A stretch of DNA of 64,000 bases. Origin: Burkholderia sp. Lineage in GTDB: Bacteria > Pseudomonadota > Gammaproteobacteria > Burkholderiales > Burkholderiaceae. The translations under genes were made by a program, and so were the position numbers. Location: NCBI RefSeq assembly GCF_018375725.1, contig NZ_JAHACR010000001.1, positions 8,721 to 72,720 on the forward strand, in the 5' to 3' direction. The notes under the pieces are model-generated. The model ran no database searches, was not told the origin of the DNA, and was given only the letters and a program-made list of their open reading frames with translations. Below, piece after piece: positions 8,440-16,030 of this stretch; the stretch's first letter is position 1, and every line of letters begins with the position of its first letter.

Positions 8440-9809
8440 AGCACACGCTCGTCGCTGGATCGGCGCATCTCGATATCCTCGCCCGCCCGCTGCAGAATAC
8501 CGGTTATCGGGATCGAATCGGGTCGGTGCAGCTGGCGGCGGGCGGCACGGCCTGCAACGTCGCATTCAACCTGCGCAAGCTGGGTCGACCAGTCCGCCTG
8601 ATGACTGCATGGGGTACTTCGCCGATCGATCGCATGTTGGCCAGTCACATCGAGTCGATGGGCGTCGATCTGATGGTGGACGAATGCGCTGGGATGGGTG
8701 TGGCAGCGTTTGCCGCCCAACTGACCCCGGAGGGGGATCTGGAATCGGCCGTGTCCGCGATGTGGGTGGACAAGCACACGTTTTCGCCGCTGCGCATCGC
8801 ACAGGCAGTGGCCGGCACCGACCTCATCATCGTGGAAGCGAACCTGAATTCCGAGACGATGTGCGCGATCGCAAAGGCGGGGCGCGAGGCGGGTTGCCCG
8901 GTCTTTGCGATGGCCGTGTCGGAGGACAAGGTCGAGCGCCTGATTCCGGCGCTCCCGCTGCTGACTGCCCTGTTCGCCAACGGCGTGGAGTGCGAAGCCC
9001 TGATGGAAAAGATGGGTGCCGCGGATCCGTCGGATATCGCCGAGTCGAGTGGCGTGCGGCTGATCGTGACACGCGGCGAGCGGGGTGCTGTGGTGTACGG
9101 GCCAGATGGCTCGCGTATGAAGATTCAGCCGCCGATCCTGCAGGATATGAAGACGCTGCTCGGCGTCGGCGACGCATTTTCGGTCGGAATAATCGACGGG
9201 GTTGTCAGGCACGGGAAGTCGTATGCGGAGGCCGCAGAGCACGCCCACGAACTGGTCAAGGAAATCGCCTGCCGAGATACGTGCAATGCGCTCTCCCTGC
9301 ACACGCTGAGCGACATGGTCGACGCGCTTGACGGCACGGCGCGATACGACGCACTTACCGGTCTAATGCAGCGAGCCGCATTCGAGCGGGAGTACAAGCG
9401 ACTGGAAGAAGCAGGTGAGCACGCGCTGCTCCTGATCGATTGCGACCACTTCAAGCAGGTCAATGACAAGCATGGTCACGATGTGGGCGACAGCGTCCTT
9501 AGGGGCGTGGCCGGCATCATCGCCGGGAGCATCCGCAAGGGGGATATACCGTGCCGATGGGGCGGTGACGAGTTCGCTCTCGTGCTGCCGCCTGGCTCGG
9601 ATGCACAAGTCGTGGCAGAGCGGATCCGGATCTCCGTCGCAGAAGCGCGGCTGTATGGCGTAACGCTATCGGTGGGAGTTGCGTTCGCGGAACCCGGCGA
9701 GAAACTCGAATCCGTCTTGAAGCGAGCCGATGCAGCGATGTACCGCGCCAAACGCAAGGGCCGGGATGCGGTCGTGTTCGAGGCCGAGGCGTTGAGCAAC
9801 GAGTCGTGA
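8436..9809 (+). CDS. PfkB-family (ribokinase-like) kinase fused to GGDEF diguanylate-cyclase domain
   Basis: ATGA overlap with the methyltransferase stop. The N-terminal domain has AAGGTACNVAFNL and LGVGDAFSVGII (PfkB signatures). The C-terminal domain has intact GGDEF (9561-9575), I-site RKGD (9534-9545) and DxxHFKxxND. Confidence 0.9.
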   Translation: MKHTLVAGSAHLDILARPLQNTGYRDRIGSVQLAAGGTACNVAFNLRKLGRPVRLMTAWGTSPIDRMLASHIESMGVDLMVDECAGMGVAAFAAQLTPEGDLESAVSAMWVDKHTFSPLRIAQAVAGTDLIIVEANLNSETMCAIAKAGREAGCPVFAMAVSEDKVERLIPALPLLTALFANGVECEALMEKMGAADPSDIAESSGVRLIVTRGERGAVVYGPDGSRMKIQPPILQDMKTLLGVGDAFSVGIIDGVVRHGKSYAEAAEHAHELVKEIACRDTCNALSLHTLSDMVDALDGTARYDALTGLMQRAAFEREYKRLEEAGEHALLLIDCDHFKQVNDKHGHDVGDSVLRGVAGIIAGSIRKGDIPCRWGGDEFALVLPPGSDAQVVAERIRISVAEARLYGVTLSVGVAFAEPGEKLESVLKRADAAMYRAKRKGRDAVVFEAEALSNES

Positions 9810-9854
9810 TTCAAATTTCCCCGGCGAGTTCGGTACCGGAATCAGGGCATTGAA

Positions 9855-10592
9855 ATGGATGTGTCGTCCATCATGGAAGCAACACTACTTGGACTGCTGA
9901 CAGGCGGATGCAGCGTGATGCTTGCGGGTTGGTTGCCGCGCTTTCTCGAAGCACACTACAGCCTCGACGAGGACCGGATCGGCGCAGGCTTGGGCGAGTT
10001 CATGAGCGCGCTCGCCGGCATGAAGCCGGCCAGCAATGAGGTCGCGTGGATCACGGGCAGCGTGGTGTGCTTGCTCTTGGGTGCGGCCGGCTTCTATGCT
10101 GAGTTGGAGTGGGGCACGACGAGCCAGGCTGGCGCGTTCATCCTCTTCGCCGGTGCGCTGGCTTCGGCTGCGCTTATCGACCTCGAGCACGAGATTATTC
10201 CCGACATTCTCATCATCCCGTTGCTCTGGGCCGGCCTGATCTTCAACGCGTCGGGGATGTTCGCGCCATTGTCGTCGGCCGTGTTCGGCGCGGCGGCGGG
10301 CTATTGCTCAATGTGGTTGCTGAACTTCCTCTTCCAGATCGTCGCTGGGCAATCCGGCATGTACGGCGGGGACTTCAAGATGTTCGCGGCAATCGGCGCG
10401 TGGGCAGGACTTAGTGCGCTGGTGCCGACGTTGATCATTGCCCTCGTTGTTTTTGCGCTCACGGCCGGCGTGCGAGTGATGACGAAAAGCACAAACAGGG
10501 AAACGCCCTTCGGACCATATCTCGCAATTGGCGGCGCGGTTTCGCTGGGCCTCGGAGAAAGTACGAGATTCTTCATTCACCTGTTGCGGTAG
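9855..10592 (+). CDS. A24-family (prepilin peptidase / TadV-CpaA-like) membrane aspartic protease
   Basis: Polytopic membrane protein. First catalytic Asp context is LIDLEHEIIPD and the second is GGDFKMFAAIGAW. It has no N-terminal methyltransferase or Cys region. Confidence 0.8.
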   Translation: MDVSSIMEATLLGLLTGGCSVMLAGWLPRFLEAHYSLDEDRIGAGLGEFMSALAGMKPASNEVAWITGSVVCLLLGAAGFYAELEWGTTSQAGAFILFAGALASAALIDLEHEIIPDILIIPLLWAGLIFNASGMFAPLSSAVFGAAAGYCSMWLLNFLFQIVAGQSGMYGGDFKMFAAIGAWAGLSALVPTLIIALVVFALTAGVRVMTKSTNRETPFGPYLAIGGAVSLGLGESTRFFIHLLR

Positions 10593-10769
10593 CACTCTTA
10601 CCTCTTCTAGAATGACACCAGTTTCTCGACTGGAAGCAGTACTTTCCACGTCGAAAATCGCAGCTGGGCGTAACTAGCCACGACGGTCATCCGTCATTTT
10701 CCAACCCGGGTGGGATCCTTGATCCCGCAGCGGGGCATGGATTCTGCCATCGTTTCATCAGGAGAATCC

Positions 10770-12557
10770 ATGCAAGTCAGTACCGAAATTTCGCAGTCTC
10801 AATCCCTTCCGCCGGTGATCGCTGGCGACGTTCAGTCGTCGTCGAGTATCGTGGAGGTCGTGGAACGGGATGTATGTGCGCCCGAGTATGAGAATCTGGT
10901 GGTTCGTATTGGAGACGTACGTGTGGTCTACAACCCGCGGACGTACTTCGAGCCGAAGGCAATGGCTGAGCTGGCCGCCTCGATGCGGGCTCAGGGCCTC
11001 TTGCAACCACTCCTGGTTCGCAAGATGGACGATCACTACGAGCTCATCGCCGGCGAAAGACGTTTGCGCGCGGCGCACGAGGTGTACGGGCCGGACGGCG
11101 TCATTCCTGTCCTCTCCCGGTACATGACCGATGAGCAAGCGGCTCTAGCGGCCGTCACCGAGAACATCCAGCGGGAGGACATGTCCCCCACTGAAGAATC
11201 GGCAGGCGCGCTGCAGGCGATGGCCCTCTACGGGGGCGATCGCGACGAGGTCGCGCGACGCATCGGCTGGTCGCGTTCGAAGCTGGATAGCCGCCTGGCT
11301 CTCCAGAACTGCATTCCTGCGGTCCAGACTGCGTTGAACGAGCGAAAGATCATGCTCGGGCACGCGGAGCTCCTGGCGGCCGTGGTGAAGAAGGTTCAGG
11401 CGGAGATCCTGCCGATGATCATCGAGCGCAACATCTCGGTGGCTGATCTGAAGGCAGAAATCGCGGCGCAAGCCTTGCGTCTCGACACCGCCCGCTTCGA
11501 CAAGACCGAGTGCCTCACCTGTCATCACAACTCGTCCAATCAGCGAACGCTGTTCGCTGAAGCGATCGACGACGCGCGATGCACGCAGAAATCGTGCTTC
11601 GACGCGAAGAACGACGCGCTGATCGAGTCGGTGAAGAAGAGCCTCGAGGGGCAATACCAGCGCATCCAGGTGGTGCGCCCGGGGGACAACCTCACGGTTA
11701 TTGCTCTGAAGCCGGATGGCGATACGGGCGTTGGCGCCGAACAAGCAGAGGCCTGCAAGGGCTGCGCGAACTTCGGCGTGCTCATATCGGCCACGCCGGG
11801 CAAGGTCGGCCTTTCCTATCCGAACTACTGCATGGATGTCGCGTGCAACAAGGAGAAGAACGCTGCCTATCTGGCCACGATCAATCCGCCGGCAGCAAAG
11901 GCGGGTTCGACCGGTGGGTCGGGTAAGAAGGCGGCGGGTCAGCCAGCCAGCAAGGGTTCGTCTGCCGGCAAGTCGGCGTCGAGCGCCAAGCCTGCCGTTT
12001 CCGCCGAGTCCAATCGCGTGAAGGAGTATCGCGAGAAGACGTGGCGTGAAGTGGTTCGCACGGTGATGGTTCGTAGTCCGGCCAAGACCGAACTGCTGAT
12101 CATCACGTTGGCGTCGATGGGGCTGTTGCGCCACATCGACACCACGGCGCTGGCCGAGCAGATCGAGAAGGCTGGCGGGAAGCCGGTTGGCGCCGGTATC
12201 GGTCTGTTTGACAGTTTGACAGTCGTGGCCGGCCTCGAGGAAACGCCGCGAGGCCGTATCCTCGATCTCGTCGCATCGTCGGTCGTGGGCGATATCCAGA
12301 TGCGGGATGTCAAGGATCTCGCGACGTTCCTCGATGTCGATCTTGCCGCTCATTGGCAAGTCTGCTCGGGTCTGCTGGATGTCATGACCAAAGCCGAAAT
12401 CGAGGCCCTGTGTCAGGAAATCGGTCTGAAGGAATTCCTCGGCAAACAGTTCGCCAAGATCATGTCGGGCAAGCGCGACGAGATGATCAAGGGGCTGCTC
12501 AAGGCTGAAGGATTCGAGTTCCGCGGCAGGATTCCTGCCGTCATGCTGCTGAAGTAA
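10770..12557 (+). CDS. ParB-like nuclease-domain protein (PRTRC-type ParB homologue)
   Basis: AGGAGA RBS precedes ATG 10770. ParB N-domain LLQPLLVRKMDDHYELIAGERRLRAA. About 595 aa with a low-complexity Lys/Ala/Gly linker. Confidence 0.9.
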   Translation: MQVSTEISQSQSLPPVIAGDVQSSSSIVEVVERDVCAPEYENLVVRIGDVRVVYNPRTYFEPKAMAELAASMRAQGLLQPLLVRKMDDHYELIAGERRLRAAHEVYGPDGVIPVLSRYMTDEQAALAAVTENIQREDMSPTEESAGALQAMALYGGDRDEVARRIGWSRSKLDSRLALQNCIPAVQTALNERKIMLGHAELLAAVVKKVQAEILPMIIERNISVADLKAEIAAQALRLDTARFDKTECLTCHHNSSNQRTLFAEAIDDARCTQKSCFDAKNDALIESVKKSLEGQYQRIQVVRPGDNLTVIALKPDGDTGVGAEQAEACKGCANFGVLISATPGKVGLSYPNYCMDVACNKEKNAAYLATINPPAAKAGSTGGSGKKAAGQPASKGSSAGKSASSAKPAVSAESNRVKEYREKTWREVVRTVMVRSPAKTELLIITLASMGLLRHIDTTALAEQIEKAGGKPVGAGIGLFDSLTVVAGLEETPRGRILDLVASSVVGDIQMRDVKDLATFLDVDLAAHWQVCSGLLDVMTKAEIEALCQEIGLKEFLGKQFAKIMSGKRDEMIKGLLKAEGFEFRGRIPAVMLLK

Positions 12558-12669
12558 GCAGCCGTCGTCTGTTCGCTGGCCGTCGTTCTGGTGGCCAGTA
12601 TCCATCTTTCCGTTCGCGGGTGCTGTCCCTTGCGGGGCAGGCATTCGCATTTTCATTCCAGGAGTTCTT

Positions 12670-13152
12670 ATGTCCACGCTGTTCAAGCAGTTGCACGCTC
12701 TCGTCTGTCAATCGGACGGCGGTCTCATGATGTCGATCGTTGCAGGCAAGGCTGGGAAGATGACGGTAGCAGTCATGCCGAAGTCGAACCAGAAGGAAGC
12801 GAGTGAAAGTGGGCTTCTGACGCCGCTTGCGCTGACCGGCACGCCGGAAGAGCTTGATGCGGAGTTCGTTCGCTGTCTGGGCGAGTTCACTGGCCAGCGT
12901 CAGTCGCTCGTCGATCAGCTCGCGGCGACCACCGCGGCGCTGGAGGCAGCGAAGGGCAAGGCAGTGGCCAAGGGTAAGCCTGCTGGCAAACCGGCGGCGC
13001 TGCCGGCGCCGACAGCGCAAGCTGGTGTCACGTCTGCGTCCGATCTGATCGACGCGGACGAGGAGTCGGATGAACCGGGTAATGCTGCCACCGAGGCAGC
13101 TCAATCGGGTTCGACCGGCAGTCTGTTCGGTAACGCGGCGCTCGTGGGCTAA
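12670..13152 (+). CDS. PRTRC system protein E-like
   Basis: Position (first gene after parB) and size match the PRTRC gene order. Acidic, Ala-rich C-terminus. AGGAG RBS. Confidence 0.65.
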   Translation: MSTLFKQLHALVCQSDGGLMMSIVAGKAGKMTVAVMPKSNQKEASESGLLTPLALTGTPEELDAEFVRCLGEFTGQRQSLVDQLAATTAALEAAKGKAVAKGKPAGKPAALPAPTAQAGVTSASDLIDADEESDEPGNAATEAAQSGSTGSLFGNAALVG

Positions 13153-13164
13153 GGGGAGACGGAC

Positions 13165-13377
13165 ATGGCATTGGAAGTCTCTCTGATCAAGCGTGTCTTC
13201 ATGTACCACGGCACGCAGTTCGCAGATCCTGGTCCGTCGTTGTCGATCCAGCAGGTTCAGGATGTGCTTTCCATGGCACACCCGGACATTGCAACGGCTG
13301 AGTTCGAGCAGAGCGAGGTCCGTCAGGATGGCACCGTCGTCTACAACGTCCGCCGCAAGGTGGGTCAAAAGGGCTGA
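13165..13377 (+). CDS. ubiquitin-like (beta-grasp) small protein, PRTRC protein C-like
   Basis: 70 aa, ends ...RRKVGQKG-stop with a C-terminal Gly. Sits in a cassette with E1, E2-like and JAB genes. Confidence 0.7.
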   Translation: MALEVSLIKRVFMYHGTQFADPGPSLSIQQVQDVLSMAHPDIATAEFEQSEVRQDGTVVYNVRRKVGQKG

Positions 13378-13379
13378 CC

Positions 13380-13607
13380 ATGAAACCGGTGATGTTTGAC
13401 GCCTGGCTTGCCAGGGCAAACGGCTCATCGGTGGAAGTGGTCAAGGGGGCATCGGGTTCGGAAGATCCCGGTGCCCCTACGCCTATCCCACTTGAGGAGG
13501 TCTACGGATGCGCATGCATTCTGAAATCCATGATCGATCGATCGCAGCAGGATCAGCCGGCCGGCCGATTAAGTCTGATGCCGTTGGATCTGCCCATTCT
13601 TGGATGA
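13380..13607 (+). CDS. small hypothetical protein (75 aa), translationally coupled
   Basis: ATG lies 2 nt after the Ubl stop. Its TGA overlaps the next ATG (ATGA at 13604-13607). Not a named PRTRC component. Confidence 0.4.
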   Translation: MKPVMFDAWLARANGSSVEVVKGASGSEDPGAPTPIPLEEVYGCACILKSMIDRSQQDQPAGRLSLMPLDLPILG

Positions 13608-14650
13608 GGTTGCCGGTGCTCGATCGGGATATCCCGGTCGAGCAAAACAGCCAGCGAAGTCTTTGCTGGCTGGAGGCCGCCAAATCCCTGCATGCGTGCG
13701 GACTGGTCGTCCCATCGGACATCGAAGGTTGGAACTCGCCGGGCAAGGTAGTCGAATCGGCGCTGTCCCGATGGTTTGCGAAACGGACGGACGGGGTAGC
13801 GGCGCTTGAGCTCGATATCTGCTTTGCTTCGGCCACCAACATGGTCGATGAGGGCTCGATGGAAGAGCCTGAAGAGGACGAGCTCAACGATCTTGGCGTA
13901 TGGGTCGAAGTGTCTCGTGACCAGCCGAATTTCCGGAGTCTGCGACGCGGATTTCTGGAGTTGGAGGGGATCGCGGAAGGCCTCGGTATTGCCGCGACCA
14001 CGATTCTTTCGCTGGCTGGGCACATGATCGGCTTTACCTTCGATCATGATTACGTGACCCATTCTGCAGGGTTGCACATCTACGGCTGGGAAGATTGCTG
14101 GCCGGATGGCACCTACGATCCGTCCGAGTTCGGACCGGAAAACGAGGATGGTTCCAGCGAGTACTTCGCCTATACAAGGCCGGCATTCGACCGGGACTGC
14201 CCGCGACGGGAACTGCTTCGGCACCCACCGATTCGCGACATGGAGAAGTTCATTCTTGCCGTCGCGAAGCACAACGCGGAGATGGCGCCAGTACTGGAGG
14301 ACGTGGTTCGACTCGTGAAGGCGAGGCGGCATCGCGATGCGATGTGGCCCACGCTGAGCGGGACTGACTACAACTCCATGATTCCGGCGTTTTCGCTCGC
14401 CTGGGATGCACCGGGCGAGGCAAAAGATGGGAAAGAGGACAACATTTACCGTGTCTGGGACGACTACGCCAACATGCTCCGCAACGGGGGTGAAGGGTGG
14501 GCGTACGGCCTCGGCTCGGAAGTGTTGGCCTGTCGAACCCCGGAGCTTCTACGGGGGACTTTGAAACGTTGGGATAGTCGTCTTCGACTGCTGAGGGCGA
14601 CTGATCGCCTGCTGCATTCGATGACGGATCCCGTTATCTACGGTGGGTGA
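13604..14650 (+). CDS. PRTRC system protein F-like
   Basis: 348 aa from the coupled ATG 13604 (the ORF track opens at 13508). Position in the cassette matches; no catalytic motif recognised. Confidence 0.65.
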   Translation: MRLPVLDRDIPVEQNSQRSLCWLEAAKSLHACGLVVPSDIEGWNSPGKVVESALSRWFAKRTDGVAALELDICFASATNMVDEGSMEEPEEDELNDLGVWVEVSRDQPNFRSLRRGFLELEGIAEGLGIAATTILSLAGHMIGFTFDHDYVTHSAGLHIYGWEDCWPDGTYDPSEFGPENEDGSSEYFAYTRPAFDRDCPRRELLRHPPIRDMEKFILAVAKHNAEMAPVLEDVVRLVKARRHRDAMWPTLSGTDYNSMIPAFSLAWDAPGEAKDGKEDNIYRVWDDYANMLRNGGEGWAYGLGSEVLACRTPELLRGTLKRWDSRLRLLRATDRLLHSMTDPVIYGG

Positions 14651-14651
14651 C

Positions 14652-15392
14652 ATGATCAATACGCAAGTTGTTGGTTCCGGGTCGTCGTTGAAGCTGGAAC
14701 ACGCCATCCTCCTTTACTCACGTTCCGGGCATCCGGGAAGTGCTTCGGGGAATGGCTTTGTCACGATCAATCCTGTCCGGATTGAGAAGGGAAACGCAGT
14801 GATCGGTCCCGGGCAGCCGGCAAGCCGGGCGGCACTGGTCGACGCACTTGATCGGCTTGCAGAACGGGAGCAGACACGAGCGCTGTTTCACCCGCGCCTG
14901 CTTGGCCGTGGGGCGGACTATGCAGTCTGGTACGTCCCGCCCGGAAAGCGCCACCTTGCCTTCAATCACCCCTCCGTGGGGGGAAAGAAGGCTGGGACGT
15001 GCGCGTTACCGGGCCTGGTGTTCTTCCTCGTACGCGACGATTGGTACGTGTTCGCATACCGGGGAAAGCGACGTCCGTCCGCGCGGACGCCGCTCTACCG
15101 CACGCCGTTTTACAACGTGTGGCAGGAGGGGCGGATCTGCGTCGGTAACATCGATCTCCCGAAGCAGGGGACATCGGCGCCGCTGGAGCAATGGGAGGAC
15201 GCGTTTTTCGGAACGTGGTTCACACACCCGAACATTCCGGAGGCGCAGCTCCTGCGCAAGGGGGAGAACTGCGGGAAGCTGTGGAAGGCACTCCTTGCGG
15301 GAAAGCATGAGACGTTTCCGTCGGGGTTTCTGGCACGGACGGGCATGCGACTCGAGGACGCGTTCGGGAAGCTGGTTGGAGGGGGTGTCTGA
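14652..15392 (+). CDS. E2 (UBC)-like protein, PRTRC protein B-like
   Basis: FYNVWQEGRICVGNIDLP resembles the UBC HPN...G.IC.L loop. The candidate catalytic Cys codon is at 15138-15140. TGATG overlap with the next gene. Confidence 0.7.
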   Translation: MINTQVVGSGSSLKLEHAILLYSRSGHPGSASGNGFVTINPVRIEKGNAVIGPGQPASRAALVDALDRLAEREQTRALFHPRLLGRGADYAVWYVPPGKRHLAFNHPSVGGKKAGTCALPGLVFFLVRDDWYVFAYRGKRRPSARTPLYRTPFYNVWQEGRICVGNIDLPKQGTSAPLEQWEDAFFGTWFTHPNIPEAQLLRKGENCGKLWKALLAGKHETFPSGFLARTGMRLEDAFGKLVGGGV

Positions 15393-16030
15393 TGGATCAC
15401 CGTGACATGTTTCTCCAAACCACATTCCCGACGATCCCGGTGCCGCGGTTTGGCCCGCTCGAGGAGCTGGCGTCGAACGGACACCGGTTCCTTGTCGGAA
15501 GCAACGGCGTGGCGCTGGAAGTCCGCCGGCCATGGCTGTACATGCGGCAGATCGCGATGAAGAACGAAAGCGGTCTTGCGCTCCCGTATGGCCGTATGTC
15601 GGAGGTGTTCGAACTCCGCTGTGGCCCGATTCCACGAGAGTTGCTCTTGGAGTTTGCCAGCCAGGCGAAGGCAGGGGGTGAGATCGAAACGGCCGCGTGG
15701 ATCACGTGGCGTGAGAGCACCCGTTCCTTCGTCTTTCGACGACTCAGTGAGCGGACTGCGTCCGCGCACTCCGTAGTTGTGGACCGGCCGGAACTGGACG
15801 CGGACGAGCACCTGGTTGTGGACCTCCATAGCCACGGTCACGCGGACGCGTTTTTCAGTCCAACGGACAACGAAGACGATCAGGGGGAGGTCAAATTCTC
15901 CGTGGTTGTCGGCTCTTGTCACCGTGATCGGCCGGAGGCGTTTGACGTCGTCGCGCGGCTTTGTGCGCTGGGATTGATAGTCCCTGCGAATGAGGCGTTC
16001 TCCTTGAAGGAGGTGCAGCATGCAGCGTGA
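15392..16030 (+). CDS. JAB/JAMM metalloisopeptidase, PRTRC protein A-like
   Basis: Complete JAMM motif H-S-H-x7-S-x2-D (HSHGHADAFFSPTD, 15827-15868). Upstream Glu in GGEIETAAW. Confidence 0.85.
   Translation: MDHRDMFLQTTFPTIPVPRFGPLEELASNGHRFLVGSNGVALEVRRPWLYMRQIAMKNESGLALPYGRMSEVFELRCGPIPRELLLEFASQAKAGGEIETAAWITWRESTRSFVFRRLSERTASAHSVVVDRPELDADEHLVVDLHSHGHADAFFSPTDNEDDQGEVKFSVVVGSCHRDRPEAFDVVARLCALGLIVPANEAFSLKEVQHAA

Noticed and set aside
8252-9331. 359-aa (+) and 321-aa (-) ORFs overlapping the methyltransferase and the PfkB-GGDEF gene
   Set aside because: They are off-frame or antisense, with extreme Arg/Gly content. The annotated frame has PfkB and GGDEF signatures.
11145-12686. 513-aa ORF antisense to the ParB-like gene
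   Set aside because: This is a typical high-GC shadow ORF: Arg/Gly/Leu/His-rich, with no motifs or RBS. The sense strand carries an unambiguous ParB domain.
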